DNA of 64,000 nucleotides from an uncultured delta proteobacterium (GCA_963699755.1 CAVOVB010000003.1:704001-768000); one strand, 5' to 3'. Counted from the first letter of the stretch, positions 20,437 through 31,380 are shown. The notes: generated by a model from the letters alone, not told the origin. Translations and numbers: made by a program.

Positions 20437-23109
20437 CTAGCGCAGACGAGCCTGTGCGGCGGCCAGACGGGCGCCAGGAAGCTGGGAAAGCGGTGCCGAG
20501 ACGAAGTCCAGCCCTAGCTTTTCGCAGATTTCGATCGAGGCGGGGCTGCCGCCCTGGTCCCCGCAGAGACCGGCACGGAGGTCCTGCCGGACGGCCTTGC
20601 CGCGCTCGAGCGCAATGCGAATGAGCTCGGCGACCCGTTCGTCGAGGTGGGTAAATGGGTCCCCAGCGAGCAGGCCAAGCTCATTTCGGTAGGAGGGCAG
20701 GAATCGGCTGGCATCGTCGCGGCTGACGCCAAGGGCTGTCTGCGTCAGGTCGTTCCCGCCGAAGGAGAAGAACTGCACATGCTGTGCGAGCTCCCCGGCG
20801 ATCAGGCATGCGCGTGGCAGCTCGATCATCGCTCCGATCCGGCAACGGAATCCGTCCGCCGGCCCTGCGAAGACCTGCCGGTGCGCGCGGTCGAGGGCGA
20901 TGCGCAGCGCTTCGACCTCGGAGCTGAACGCGATCATCGGGATCAGTATCTCGAGGTCGACGGCCAAGCCCTGCTCGACGCAGTCGCGAGCGGCGAAGAG
21001 CATCGCACGAAGCTGCATGTCGTAGAGACCGGGGACGGTGAGCCCGGCCCGAACGCCCCGGTGGCCAAACGCCGGGTTCGACTCTCGATGTCGTGCGGCG
21101 GCCTTGCTGACCTCCTCGAGCTCGAGGTCGAGTGCGTCGGCAATCGCTTGCAACGCTTCTTCGTCGTGCGGAAGGAATTCTCCGAGCGCCCTATCGAGCA
21201 ATCGAATCGTAACCGGCCGTCCTTGCATCGCGCGAAAGATCTCGACGAAATCTTCCCGTTGCGCGCTCTCGAGCGCCGAGAGCCACGCGCCTCGTTGCTC
21301 GTCCTCGACTGCTAGCAGTGCGCATCGCATCGCGAACAACCTATCCTTCGCAAAGAACATGCGTTCGGTTCGGCACAGGCCGACCCCTTCGGCACCATAG
21401 CTCAGCGCTGCGCGCGCCGCCTGGGGCGTGTCGGCTTCCGCATAGATTCGCATGCGGCGTACCTGATCGGCCCAGCCCATCAGCTCCCGGAGCTCCTCGA
21501 CGGTGGTCGAAGCCACCAGGTCGAGCGCACCTGCGAAAACGTTTCCGTTGGAGCCATCGAGCGTGAGCAGGTCGCCCTCGCGCAGCGGTTCTATGGAGTC
21601 GGAACCGTCGAGACGTACGGTGCGCTCTCGAAAGTCGATCTGAAGCCCTCCGCAGCCGACGACGCAGCACTTTCCGAGCCCGCGGGCAACGACGGCTGCA
21701 TGGGAGGTCATGCCCCCTGCGGCGGTGACGACACCCCTGGCGGCCTTCATGCCGTGGATATCGTCGGCGCTGGTTTCCTGCCGAATGAGGATGACCTCCT
21801 GGCCCTCAGAAGCCCAGCGAACGGCTTCGTCGGCGTCGAAAACGATGCGGCCGGACGCCGCCCCAGGGCTTGCCGGTAGGCCGACGGCGAGGGGCCTGAT
21901 CCCCTGGGCGGTCAAGTCGGCTTCCGACGGAAGCCGGGCGCGAAGCAACTGCTCGAGCGAACGCGCATCCACCCGAAGCAAGGCGTCCTCCTTGCTGAGC
22001 ACCCCTTCGCGCACCATGTCGACTGCAACTCGGACCGCCGCGTGCGCCGTTCGCTTCGCGCTCCGCGTTTGCAACAAGTACGGTCGGCCGTCTTCAATCG
22101 TGAACTCGATGTCCTGCATGTCGCCAAAGTGGCTCTCGAGCGACGCGCAGTAGATGGAAATCGCCTCGAACGCTTCAGGCATCGAGACTTCGAGGCTCGA
22201 CGCTTCTTTGCCAGGCGCCGCCGCGGCCGCGGTGAGCGCAACCGGGGTTCGGATGCCCGCCACCACGTCTTCGCCCTGGGCGTTGGGCAGGAACTCGCCG
22301 TAGAGATGCCGCTCACCGCTCGACGGGTTGCGCGTGAAGGCCACCCCGGAACCGCTTCGCGGCCCCGTGTTGCCAAAGACCATCGCTTGCACGGTGCATG
22401 CGGTTCCGATCCCGTCGTGGATTCCTTGCATACGCCGATATCGAACCGCGCGCGGGTTCTCCCAGGATGCGAAGACGGCGCTGATGGCGTCCCAGAGCTG
22501 CGTTCGGACCTCTCGTGGAAATGGCGTGCCCGACGCTTCCTCAATCACCGAGAGGTACGAGGCAACCAGCCCTTCGAGCGCGGACACGGGAAGCTCGGAG
22601 TCGAGCATGCGAGGTTTCCCAAGCTCTGCCTTGAGATCGCTCAGCAAGGACTGGAAGCGTTCTGCCCCTATCCCTCGCACGACCGATCCGTACATCTGCA
22701 GCAGGCGGCGATAGGCATCGAGCGCGAAGCGTTCGTCACCGTATTGCGCAGCCAGCCCGGACAACGTGTGTTCGTTGAGTCCGATGTTCAAGAGGGTGTC
22801 CATCATTCCGGGCATCGAGACTTCGGCACCGGAGCGGACCGAAAGGAGCAGAGGTTGCTTCGCGTCTCCGAAGCCCCGGTTGAGGCGCTCCTCGAGGCTT
22901 CCAAGAGCCTGATGAACTTCCGCTTGGAGCCGATCGGGTAGCACTCCGCTCTCTCGGTAGAGTCGGCCCACTTCCGTCGTGATCGTGAATCCCGGAGGCA
23001 CGGGAATTCCGAGCGCAGTCATCTCGTTGAGGCCGGCTGCCTTCTTTCCGAGGAGGTGCGGGCGGACGTCCGAGCCCAGCTCTGCGTCAAGCGGATACAG
23101 AAGGTTCAC
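20437..23109 (-). CDS. ppdK: pyruvate, phosphate dikinase (divergent)
   Basis: PVPPGFTITT, SVRSGA.SMPGMMDT, GGMTSHAAVVARG phospho-His motif, NDLTQ; follows glyS; GTG at 23109 preferred over the track start. Confidence 0.92.
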   Translation of the reverse strand: MNLLYPLDAELGSDVRPHLLGKKAAGLNEMTALGIPVPPGFTITTEVGRLYRESGVLPDRLQAEVHQALGSLEERLNRGFGDAKQPLLLSVRSGAEVSMPGMMDTLLNIGLNEHTLSGLAAQYGDERFALDAYRRLLQMYGSVVRGIGAERFQSLLSDLKAELGKPRMLDSELPVSALEGLVASYLSVIEEASGTPFPREVRTQLWDAISAVFASWENPRAVRYRRMQGIHDGIGTACTVQAMVFGNTGPRSGSGVAFTRNPSSGERHLYGEFLPNAQGEDVVAGIRTPVALTAAAAAPGKEASSLEVSMPEAFEAISIYCASLESHFGDMQDIEFTIEDGRPYLLQTRSAKRTAHAAVRVAVDMVREGVLSKEDALLRVDARSLEQLLRARLPSEADLTAQGIRPLAVGLPASPGAASGRIVFDADEAVRWASEGQEVILIRQETSADDIHGMKAARGVVTAAGGMTSHAAVVARGLGKCCVVGCGGLQIDFRERTVRLDGSDSIEPLREGDLLTLDGSNGNVFAGALDLVASTTVEELRELMGWADQVRRMRIYAEADTPQAARAALSYGAEGVGLCRTERMFFAKDRLFAMRCALLAVEDEQRGAWLSALESAQREDFVEIFRAMQGRPVTIRLLDRALGEFLPHDEEALQAIADALDLELEEVSKAAARHRESNPAFGHRGVRAGLTVPGLYDMQLRAMLFAARDCVEQGLAVDLEILIPMIAFSSEVEALRIALDRAHRQVFAGPADGFRCRIGAMIELPRACLIAGELAQHVQFFSFGGNDLTQTALGVSRDDASRFLPSYRNELGLLAGDPFTHLDERVAELIRIALERGKAVRQDLRAGLCGDQGGSPASIEICEKLGLDFVSAPLSQLPGARLAAAQARLR

Positions 23110-25195
23110 GGCGATGCAACTGTGTCCCGAGCTGGTGGAAGTGCGCAATACCGTTGACCGTGTCCGCGATTTCGCCAAGCAAACGAAGGCGATTGTCTCG
23201 CACACTGGCGTCGTCGACCATCACGAACACCTCGTCGAAGAAGCGATCGATCGGTGCGCCGAGCTCCTTGGCGACGAGCTTCAGGGCGTCGGCGTAGCGG
23301 CGCTCGCCAGTCGCTTCACGGATTCGATCGCGCACGGTGCCAAAGCGTTCGGCCAACGCGGTCTCCGCGCCGGCTTCGAGGAGACTCGTGTCGATTGGGC
23401 CCCTAGCACTTTCCTTCGTGATGTTGAACGCGCGCTTGAACGCGACCGCCAGGGCTTCGAACTCGGGCTCGGCGCCGAGCTCGAAGACCGCTTTGATTCG
23501 GCTCCGTAGGTCGCGAAGCGAGGTGCCGTCCCAAGCTCCGAGGCAGGCGTCGACGACGTCCCCGCCGTAGGAGTCCTTGAGCATGCCTCGAATGCGGGCT
23601 CGGAAGAAATCGTCGAGTGAGGCGCCAAGATCCTCGCGGGCCGCGAGCTCGGCGTCGAAAGTGTACGCGTCGTACGCCTGCCCGATGAGCGCGTGGAGAT
23701 CGACGTCGATCGGCCCTTCGAGCGCGATCCGGATGATGCCGAGCGCTGCACGGCGAAGCGCGAACGGGTCGGCTGAGCCGGTCGGAATCAGACCGATGCC
23801 GAAGCAGCCGACCAGGGTGTCGATGCGATCGGCGACCGCGACGACCGCGCCGACGACTTGGTTCGGGACCAGATCCTCTGCACCCTGCGGTCGGTAGTGA
23901 TCGCGGATGGCGTCGGCGACGGTCGGGTCGATGCCTTCGTGAAGGGCGTACCAGCGACCCATCTCCCCCTGGAGCTCGGGAAACTCGTAGACGATGAGTG
24001 TTTCGAGGTCGGCCTTGCACAATCGCGCCGCTTCGTCGCAAGCATCAACATCCGCGCCGCATTGGTTTGCGAGCGCGCGGGCGTTCGCCTGGAGGCGCCG
24101 GACCTTTGCGCCCATCGTGCCGAGCTTCGACTGGAACACGACGGACTCGAGCTTCGCGAGCCGATCGGCGAGCGGCGCCTTGCGGTCTTCCTCGACGAAG
24201 AAGCGCCCATCCGCCAGGCGTGCGCGAAGGACGCGGTCGTTTCCCTTGGCGATGGTCTTCGGATCTTCGGCGGTATTGACCACGTTGAGGTACGAGGGAA
24301 GAAGCGCGCCGTTTTCCGAAGCGCGTACGGCAAAATAGCGCTGATGGTCTCGCATCACGGCGATGACGACCGAGTCAGGGAGCTCGAGGAACGATTCGTC
24401 GAAGCTGCCCGGCACGGTGAACGGCTCTTCGACCAGAGAGACGCATTCGTCCGCCAGGAAGGGATCCGGCTCGAGGACGCCGCCCAGGGTCCTCGCCGAC
24501 ATGAGCAGCCCCTGCATCATACGACCCTTTCGGGCCTGCAAGTCCACGATGACGTGGGCGCCCTCGAGCGCCGATTCGTAGCTGCTTGCCTGGTCGAGGT
24601 CGAAGCTCTGGGGAGCAAGGAAGCGATGGCCCCGCGTCGTGCGTCCAGCCCGTACACCCGCGAACTCGAAGCCTACGACCTCGTCTCCGAGCAGTGAGAC
24701 GATCCAATGAATCGGTCTGCCGAATGCGATTTCGCCAGAACCCCAGCGCATGGACTTGGGGAAGCTGATTTGCTGGCAGAGGCGCGGCAGGATCCCCGCC
24801 AGCACCTCGCTCGTCGCCGCCCCGGCTTCGTGAACGCGCACGCTCACGTAGTCACCCTTGTCGCTACTCTGCTTGCGCAGGTCTTCCAGGCCGAGACCGT
24901 GTTTCTTGGCGAAGCCAATTGCGGCCTTCTTGGGCGAGCCGTCCGCGTCGAAGGCCGCGCTCCAGGGTGGCCCCATGATCGTCTCGTCACGATCGGGTTG
25001 ACGTTCGGCTAGCCCGCGCATCCGGAGCGCAAGTCGCCGCGGCGTGCCGAGCGTATGGAGCTCGAGCGAGGCGGTGCCGAGTCGAGCCTGGCCCACCAGC
25101 TCGGCCCCGCTCGCCTTCATGGAGCGAAGCGCATGCGTGATGAACGACGCTGGCAATTCCTCAGTCCCAATTTCGAGCAAAAACTCGGATGACAT
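23087..25195 (-). CDS. glyS: glycine--tRNA ligase beta subunit
   Basis: LLEIGTEELP, TPRRL, KSMRWG, ARLADGRFF, EFPELQG, GSADPFALRR. Confidence 0.97.
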   Translation of the reverse strand: MSSEFLLEIGTEELPASFITHALRSMKASGAELVGQARLGTASLELHTLGTPRRLALRMRGLAERQPDRDETIMGPPWSAAFDADGSPKKAAIGFAKKHGLGLEDLRKQSSDKGDYVSVRVHEAGAATSEVLAGILPRLCQQISFPKSMRWGSGEIAFGRPIHWIVSLLGDEVVGFEFAGVRAGRTTRGHRFLAPQSFDLDQASSYESALEGAHVIVDLQARKGRMMQGLLMSARTLGGVLEPDPFLADECVSLVEEPFTVPGSFDESFLELPDSVVIAVMRDHQRYFAVRASENGALLPSYLNVVNTAEDPKTIAKGNDRVLRARLADGRFFVEEDRKAPLADRLAKLESVVFQSKLGTMGAKVRRLQANARALANQCGADVDACDEAARLCKADLETLIVYEFPELQGEMGRWYALHEGIDPTVADAIRDHYRPQGAEDLVPNQVVGAVVAVADRIDTLVGCFGIGLIPTGSADPFALRRAALGIIRIALEGPIDVDLHALIGQAYDAYTFDAELAAREDLGASLDDFFRARIRGMLKDSYGGDVVDACLGAWDGTSLRDLRSRIKAVFELGAEPEFEALAVAFKRAFNITKESARGPIDTSLLEAGAETALAERFGTVRDRIREATGERRYADALKLVAKELGAPIDRFFDEVFVMVDDASVRDNRLRLLGEIADTVNGIAHFHQLGTQLHRREPSVSA

Positions 25196-25254
25196 GGAGT
25201 GGCGTTGCTACCAGACCGGATCCACGGACGCAACGGGGCAGACCCCAAATCGCC

Positions 25255-26193
25255 CTATTCGGCCGCTGCCGCAGCCTCGAGAAGCGGGAAGCCCAGGGCT
25301 TCTCGCTGGGCATACCAGGACTCCGCGATCGCTCTTGCGAGGATCCTCACACGGCCGATGTAGCGCTGGCGCTCCGTTACGCTGATCGCGCCCCTTGCGT
25401 CGAGGACGTTGAAGTAGTGACTGCACTTGATGACCGCGTCGTAGGCGGGGAGGACGAGGCGTTCGAGGGGCCCGCGGTCGAATCGGAGGGCGCCGCCCTT
25501 CCCCTTCTTCTCGCTGAGGCCGAGCAAGCTCGCGACTTGCTTCTCGTACTCCTCGAAGAGCTTCTTTTGGAGCTTGGTATCGGCCTGCTCGAAGTTGTAG
25601 GTGCTCCACTCCCACTCGGCGCGCTTGTAGAGGTCACCATAGCGGATGCCCGGCGCCCACTCGAGCTCGTAGACATCATCGACGTCCTGAAGGTACATGG
25701 CGATGCGCTCGAGTCCGTAGGTCAGCTCGCCGCTGATCGGCTTGCAATCGATGCCCCCGCACTGTTGAAAGTACGTGAACTGGCTGATCTCCAGCCCGTC
25801 TAGCCAGACCTGCCACCCGAGGCCCCATGCGCCCAGCGTCGGCGATTCCCAATCATCCTCGATGAAGCGGATATCGTGATGTTGTGGTTCGGTGCCGAGC
25901 GCGCGAAGTGACTCGAGGTAGAGCTCCTGAATGTCGAGCGGCGACGGCTTGAGGATCACCTGGTACTGATGGAACTGCTGCAGTCGATTGGGGTTCTCCC
26001 CGTAGCGGCCGTCCGTCGGGCGGCGGCTGGGCTCGACGTAGGCGACGTTCCAAGGTTCAGGGCCGATCGCCCTCAAGAAGGTATGCGGGTTGAAAGTGCC
26101 GGCGCCGACCTCGGAGTTGTAGGGCTGGACGATCAGGCAGCCGTGGTCCGCCCAGAAGCGTTCGAGCGCGAGGATGAGCTCTTGAAAGGTCAT
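25255..26193 (-). CDS. glyQ: glycine--tRNA ligase alpha subunit
   Basis: [41 protein letters not shown]. Confidence 0.98.
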   Translation of the reverse strand: MTFQELILALERFWADHGCLIVQPYNSEVGAGTFNPHTFLRAIGPEPWNVAYVEPSRRPTDGRYGENPNRLQQFHQYQVILKPSPLDIQELYLESLRALGTEPQHHDIRFIEDDWESPTLGAWGLGWQVWLDGLEISQFTYFQQCGGIDCKPISGELTYGLERIAMYLQDVDDVYELEWAPGIRYGDLYKRAEWEWSTYNFEQADTKLQKKLFEEYEKQVASLLGLSEKKGKGGALRFDRGPLERLVLPAYDAVIKCSHYFNVLDARGAISVTERQRYIGRVRILARAIAESWYAQREALGFPLLEAAAAAE

Positions 26194-26963
26194 TCGTCCT
26201 GGTCCTCGTCGTCCTCGTCCTCCGCCTCGGCCTCGGCCTCTGCCTCGGTGGCGGCAATGGCGGCCTCTTCTTGCGCCAAAAGCTCTTGCTCCGCTTGCTC
26301 CCTGGCCTCGGCTGCAGCCAGCTCAGCCGCAGCAATGTCGATCGACTCTCCGATCTTCTCTTGGAACAAGGCCTTGTGCTCGTCGGTGAGGTCGCTGAAC
26401 TCTTGCAGCGTCGGAAGGTCTTTGAGGCCACTGAGCCCGAAGAACTCGAGGAAGCCCGGCGTCGTGCCGTAGACCAGCGGCCTGCCGGGCTCGTCTTTGC
26501 GTCCCAGGATCTTCACGAGGCCCCGGTCCGTCAGCATCTTGAGCGATGACCCGGAGTCGACGCCGCGAACATCGTCGACCTCTGGTCGCGTCAGCGGCTG
26601 GCGATACGCAACGATGGCAAGCGTTTCGAGCTGCGCCCGGCTCAGCCGAATGGGCTTCGGTGCGACGAGCAGCTTGACGAAATCGGCGCTCTCGCGAGCC
26701 GAACGGAACTGATAGCCGCCTGCCACGAAATAGAGGTGCACGCCGCGGTGCTGGTAGTCGGCGACGAGCTCGTCGAGCAGTGGCTGCACCTCGGCGATGC
26801 TCGAACGCGCGGCTCGAGCGAGCCTCTTTGCTGTCACCGGCCTGCTCGAGACGAAGATCAGGCTCTCCAGGACGTTCTTGAGCGACTCGGCGCTCGGCGC
26901 GATGGGTGCGGCCGCCCCGTTTTCCGAGGCGCCATTGTCGGTTTGCACGTCTGTCTGGGTCAT
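26190..26963 (-). CDS. scpB: SMC-ScpAB complex subunit ScpB
   Basis: [36 protein letters not shown]; acidic tail. Confidence 0.95.
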   Translation of the reverse strand: MTQTDVQTDNGASENGAAAPIAPSAESLKNVLESLIFVSSRPVTAKRLARAARSSIAEVQPLLDELVADYQHRGVHLYFVAGGYQFRSARESADFVKLLVAPKPIRLSRAQLETLAIVAYRQPLTRPEVDDVRGVDSGSSLKMLTDRGLVKILGRKDEPGRPLVYGTTPGFLEFFGLSGLKDLPTLQEFSDLTDEHKALFQEKIGESIDIAAAELAAAEAREQAEQELLAQEEAAIAATEAEAEAEAEDEDDEDQDE

Positions 26964-27934
26964 CGCTCTTGCTCGTCCTCACTCCATCCGTAGCTGCCCG
27001 CGGGCACGACGATCGATTCTCTTCGTTCCTCGCCGATCTCCACCGCAAGCCCGTAATCGATTGGCTCGTCCACGAGGTCGCTGGTCGGTCGCCGTACGTC
27101 GCTCGGCACGATTGCCTCACCCTCGGCGTCGAGCAAGGTGTACTCGACGTAGATCGGCTGTTCGTGCTCGGTCTGATAGATGCTGGCCAAGCGCATCTTC
27201 GCCATCTCGAGCAGGGCGAGGAAGGTGACCACCAAATCGTACGAAGTGCTCACGTCGTCGAAGAGCTCGTCGAAGCGACAGCGTCGTCGCTCGCAAAGCA
27301 ACTCGACCAGCCCACCGATCCGGTCCTGAATCGACATGCGCTCGGCGTCCACCTCGAGCGCGATCGTCGCGTTGACGCGTTCGGCGATCTTCTTGAGCGC
27401 ATCGAGCAGCTTGAAGACACTGACCTGGGCAAGCGGCGGCTCCTCATTGCTGCTCGGTGGGGGCGTTCCCCCTTGGAACACGTCCCGACCCGCGATCGCG
27501 CGTTCGCCCAGATTGGTAGCGACGGTCTTGTACTTCTGGTACTCGAGCAGCCGCCGGATCAGCTCGGCGCGGGGGTCGACCTCGTCGGCCTCGATGTCGT
27601 CTTGCTCCTCGGGCGGGCGCGGGAGGAGCATCTTGCTCTTGATGTGCGCCAGCGTCGCTGCCATCACCAAATACTCCGAGGCGATGTCGAGGTTCAAGTC
27701 CCCCATCAAGCTCAGATATTCCAGGTATTTGTCGGTGATGAAGGAGATCGGCAGGTCGAGGATATCCAGCTCGTGCTTCCGGATCAGATGCAGGAGTAGG
27801 TCTAGCGGCCCTTCGAAGTTGGGCAGCTCGATCCGGAAGTTTGGGTCCAGAGCCTCCGGGCCCAGGGGCGCCGGCACAGGGCTGGGCTGGTTCATCGCGA
27901 GGCAACCATGCGCTGCTACTCTCCCAGCTGTCAA
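26960..27934 (-). CDS. scpA: segregation and condensation protein A (kleisin)
   Basis: FEGPLDLLLHLI, SEYLVMAATL..IKSKMLLP, VVTFLALLEM; alternative ATG at 27895. Confidence 0.95.
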   Translation of the reverse strand: MTAGRVAAHGCLAMNQPSPVPAPLGPEALDPNFRIELPNFEGPLDLLLHLIRKHELDILDLPISFITDKYLEYLSLMGDLNLDIASEYLVMAATLAHIKSKMLLPRPPEEQDDIEADEVDPRAELIRRLLEYQKYKTVATNLGERAIAGRDVFQGGTPPPSSNEEPPLAQVSVFKLLDALKKIAERVNATIALEVDAERMSIQDRIGGLVELLCERRRCRFDELFDDVSTSYDLVVTFLALLEMAKMRLASIYQTEHEQPIYVEYTLLDAEGEAIVPSDVRRPTSDLVDEPIDYGLAVEIGEERRESIVVPAGSYGWSEDEQER

Positions 27935-28401
27935 TCGCCGCGGGCTTCATTGAGCGCTTCGATGACCGCCTCGACATGCCCCTTCACGTTGACTTTGGGG
28001 AAGTGCTTGATGACTTTGCCGTCGGGTCCGATCAGCACGGTCGAGCGGATAACCCCCATCGACTTCTTGCCGTACATGTTCTTCTCGCCCCAGGCGCCGT
28101 ACTTTTCGAGCATCTTTGCGTCGGGGTCGCTGAGCAGCGGAAACTTCAAACCATATTTGTCCGCGAACTTGCAATGCGAATCGATCGAGTCCTTGCTGAC
28201 ACCTACAACGACCGCGTCGCGTGCGTTGATTTTACGCAAGGCCTTGTTGAAGTCGTTGGCTTCCGTGGTGCAGCCCGGCGTGTCGTCGCGCGGATAGAAG
28301 TAGACGATGACGTACTTGCCGGCGAGGTCTTTGAGGGCCAGCTTGCCGCCTGTGGAAGATGGCAGATTGAACGCGGGAGCCTTGCGGCCTTCTTTGATCA
28401 T
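27931..28401 (-). CDS. bcp: peroxiredoxin Bcp/PrxQ
   Basis: YFYPRDDTPGCTTEA peroxidatic motif. Confidence 0.93.
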   Translation of the reverse strand: MIKEGRKAPAFNLPSSTGGKLALKDLAGKYVIVYFYPRDDTPGCTTEANDFNKALRKINARDAVVVGVSKDSIDSHCKFADKYGLKFPLLSDPDAKMLEKYGAWGEKNMYGKKSMGVIRSTVLIGPDGKVIKHFPKVNVKGHVEAVIEALNEARGD

Positions 28402-28494
28402 GAAGAGCCGTGTATTGCCGGTTTGTGCCCGCTGTCAACGCCTCAGGGGCCTCACGAACTTGGATTCTTTCCGCGCCGCGCCCAAGATCGCGAT

Positions 28495-29172
28495 ATGAGC
28501 CCCCGAACCCTCATCGTCGGTGACATCCACGGCTGCCGCGAGGAGCTCGAAGATCTGCTCGCCGAGTCGGGCTGGGAAGAGGACGAGCAACTGGTGATGG
28601 TGGGAGATTTGGTCGCCAAGGGTCCGGATTCGCTCGGAGTTATTCGGTTGGCTAGAGAACTCGGTGCGCAGGCGGTTCGGGGCAATCACGACCAACATTG
28701 CCTGAAATGGTGGGACGCGGTCCAGGCGGGGGACGATCCCCCCAGGCTCAGGCCGGCCCATCAGCGGGTTGCGGACGAGCTCGAAGACGAAGACTGGCGC
28801 TGGCTGGCTAGCCGTCCGCTTTGGCTCGAGCTCCCCGAGCACGACGCCCTGATCGTGCACGCAGGGCTGGTCGCCGATCTGCCTCTCGAAGATCAGGACC
28901 CCAACGATCTGATGAACATGCGAAGCATCCTCGACGATGGAACCCCCTCGCGCAGCTACACGGAGGGGACACCATGGGCTTCGCTCTGGCCAGGCCCACG
29001 GCTGGTGGTCTTCGGTCACGACGCCGTGCGCGGCCTGCAGAGCTATCCTCATGCGGTCGGCCTGGACACCGGCTGCGTGTACGGCGGCTGGCTGACCGGT
29101 CTCTGGCTGCCCGGACGAGATCTCGTTGCGGTGCCCGCGCGCGCGACCTACACGCGTCCAGAGAAGGACTGA
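28495..29172 (+). CDS. calcineurin-like metallophosphoesterase (ApaH/PrpA-like)
   Basis: GDIHG, GDLVAKG, RGNHD, VHAG, FGH, LDTGC; ATG at 28495. Confidence 0.9.
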   Translation: MSPRTLIVGDIHGCREELEDLLAESGWEEDEQLVMVGDLVAKGPDSLGVIRLARELGAQAVRGNHDQHCLKWWDAVQAGDDPPRLRPAHQRVADELEDEDWRWLASRPLWLELPEHDALIVHAGLVADLPLEDQDPNDLMNMRSILDDGTPSRSYTEGTPWASLWPGPRLVVFGHDAVRGLQSYPHAVGLDTGCVYGGWLTGLWLPGRDLVAVPARATYTRPEKD

Positions 29173-29176
29173 GGGG

Positions 29177-29533
29177 ATGGAGGTTTGGGTCTGCCGGGAA
29201 GAGGACTTGCAGCAAGGCGTCGTGCGCACCACTCGGCTCGGCCTCGATGATGACGGCATTCCGATCGTGGCCCTCCTGCTCCGCGATGCGAGCGGTGCCA
29301 TCGTCGCCTACCGCAACCTCTGCCGGCACCTGCCGGTGCCGCTCGACGGCGGGACCGGCGAGCTGCTCAGCGACGACGGGGCGCACTTGATCTGCGGGAC
29401 GCACGGAGCGATGTACCGACTCTTCGACGGCTACTGCGTGGATGGGCCTTGCGAGGGACTGTCCCTGCGGCCCTTGGTCGTCCGACGCGACGGTGAAGAC
29501 CTGTACGTCTCGGACGGGCCCGAGCCAGGCTGA
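29177..29533 (+). CDS. Rieske [2Fe-2S] ferredoxin-like protein
   Basis: CRH...CGTHG ligand motifs; GAGGGG RBS before ATG 29177. Confidence 0.88.
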   Translation: MEVWVCREEDLQQGVVRTTRLGLDDDGIPIVALLLRDASGAIVAYRNLCRHLPVPLDGGTGELLSDDGAHLICGTHGAMYRLFDGYCVDGPCEGLSLRPLVVRRDGEDLYVSDGPEPG

Positions 29534-29613
29534 GCCGCCCAGGCAGCGCGGTACCCTCGAATTTGAACCAGCTCAGCCCGGTTGCTACGCTGGGCCCCTC
29601 AAAAGGGGGGGAT

Positions 29614-30342
29614 ATGCGGAATTACGCTTGGTTGATCTTGAGTATGGGTTTGAGCCTCAGCCTGATTGGCTGCGGTGGAGATGAGAACGGCGGCGGCACG
29701 GCGGGCAGCGGCGGCACGGGCAGCGGCGGCACGGGCGGCGGCACGGCGACCGTCAGTGGCATCGTGTACAGCGCGGTCTTGGAAGGCGAGTCGACCCCGG
29801 TCGCCGGGGCGACCGTACAGGTAGTCGGCGGGCAGTCGACGACAAGTGGTGCGAACGGCGCGTTTTCGGTCGAGGCGCCCCTGGGGACGGTCATGTTCCT
29901 GACGACGGCGCCCAACGCCTGGGGTGAGCTTTTCACGGCGAACGTACCTGCAGGAGGCGAGGACATGGCGGAGCCCGAAGTGATCCCAGACACGCTGGTG
30001 GCCACGATTGCCGCAGCCTTGGAGCAGACGGTCGATCCCACGAAGGGAATCGTGAGTGTGGAGTTCGACCCAGAGGTCGCCGTGGGCGGAGAGACGGCCG
30101 AGCTCACGGCCAAATACGGCTTTGCGTTCGTGATCGACGATGTCGGTGATCCCGTTCTCAGCAAGACGCTCGTGGCAGGTGGCGAGACTGTCGTCATCTT
30201 TGGAAACGTGGATCTCACTGAGGATGTCGGGCCCAGCGCAACGGGCCCTGCGAGCGAAACCTGCACGCTGGCATTCCCGACTACGGCATTCCCGAGCCAG
30301 GCGAAGGTGTTCACCGTCGTGGAAGTGGCGCCCTGTCCATAG
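29614..30342 (+). CDS. lipoprotein with Gly-rich linker and carboxypeptidase-regulatory-like beta-sandwich
   Basis: Lipobox LIG-C, GGTGSGG repeats, VSGIV...PVAGATV...NGAF pattern. Confidence 0.75.
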   Translation: MRNYAWLILSMGLSLSLIGCGGDENGGGTAGSGGTGSGGTGGGTATVSGIVYSAVLEGESTPVAGATVQVVGGQSTTSGANGAFSVEAPLGTVMFLTTAPNAWGELFTANVPAGGEDMAEPEVIPDTLVATIAAALEQTVDPTKGIVSVEFDPEVAVGGETAELTAKYGFAFVIDDVGDPVLSKTLVAGGETVVIFGNVDLTEDVGPSATGPASETCTLAFPTTAFPSQAKVFTVVEVAPCP

Positions 30343-30362
30343 GGGTTGAGACGATATGAACG

Positions 30363-30396
30363 ACGGGCTGGCGGCGACGTCGTCAGCCCGTTTTTT
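30363..30396 (+). terminator. Rho-independent terminator overlapping the 3' end of map
   Basis: 13-bp stem ACGGGCTGGCGGC/GTCGTCAGCCCGT (two G-U pairs) followed by a T run. Confidence 0.65.
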
Positions 30397-31240
30397 CTTG
30401 CCTTGCGCTCCAGGCCGCAGGCGAGGAAAGCGGGCCAATGTCGGCCCAGGGCTTGTCCTCGCAGTTGCGGACGACCTGCTTGCGGGCGGTCAGCACTTCG
30501 GCGCCATCGCGCGTGACCAGGACGGTGTGCTCGAACTGGGCCGACAAGGAACGATCCATCGTGAGCACCGTCCATTCGTCGTCCATCACCTCGGTCTGGT
30601 AGCCGCCGATGTTGATCATGGGCTCGATCGTGAAAACCATCCCGGCCTTGAGGCGCTTGTCTTTGCCGCGCCGTCCAAAGTGTGGGATCTGGGGCGGCAT
30701 GTGGAACTCCCGGCCGACGCCGTGGCCCACATAGTCTCGGACGACCGAGCAGCCCTTGCCTTCGGCGTACTCTTGAATCGCTGCGCCGATATCGCCGATG
30801 CGATTGCCGTGCTTCACTTCGGCAATGCCTAGCTCGAGACATCGTCGCGCCGTTTCGACAACCAGAATCGCTTCCTCGCTTGGCTGGCCGACGTAGAAGG
30901 TCACGCTCGTGTCGCCGTGGTAGCCATGCTTTTTGGGCAGATAGGTGGTGACATCGACGTTGACGATGTCGCCGTCCGCGAGGACCTGTTCGCCTGGGAT
31001 CCCGTGGCAGACGCAATCGTTGACGCTCGTGCAAACACTCTTCGGAAAGCCCTTGTAATCGAGCGGAGATGGGTACGCGTCGTGCGAGACGATGTAGTCG
31101 TGGACGAAGCGATCGATCTCGTCTGTCACGATTCCGGGGCGAATGATCTCCCCCACCGCGGTCAGGCAATCGGCAGCAAGTTGGCAGGAGCGCCGCATGT
31201 CCTGAAGCATGCGCGGGGTCATGAGCTCGATGGCAGACAA
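30383..31240 (-). CDS. map: methionine aminopeptidase type I
   Basis: FPKSVCTSVNDCVCHGIP, DIVNVDVT, GHGVG..FH, TIEPMIN, SAQFEHT; TTG start after GAGG inferred. Confidence 0.96.
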   Translation of the reverse strand: MSAIELMTPRMLQDMRRSCQLAADCLTAVGEIIRPGIVTDEIDRFVHDYIVSHDAYPSPLDYKGFPKSVCTSVNDCVCHGIPGEQVLADGDIVNVDVTTYLPKKHGYHGDTSVTFYVGQPSEEAILVVETARRCLELGIAEVKHGNRIGDIGAAIQEYAEGKGCSVVRDYVGHGVGREFHMPPQIPHFGRRGKDKRLKAGMVFTIEPMINIGGYQTEVMDDEWTVLTMDRSLSAQFEHTVLVTRDGAEVLTARKQVVRNCEDKPWADIGPLSSPAAWSARQEKTG

Positions 31241-31320
31241 GGGAATCCTCAAGCGAACGGACCTACCGCTTGTAGGACAGCGCTGCAAATTGTCGACCGC
31301 AGTGGCCTCTTGGCGCTGGT

Positions 31321-31349
31321 TTGACCCTCTCCGGCGATGGCACTAAGTA
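31321..31349 (+). promoter_or_regulatory. putative sigma70 promoter
   Basis: TTGACC-17 bp-TAAGTA upstream of the small membrane-protein gene. Confidence 0.4.
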
Positions 31350-31380
31350 GCCGCTACGATAGGTCTTGAGGGCTTTTTTC

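Noticed and set aside
29689..29748. GGCAGCGGCGGCACG repeats
   Set aside because: Ordinary Gly/Ser/Thr linker following a lipobox
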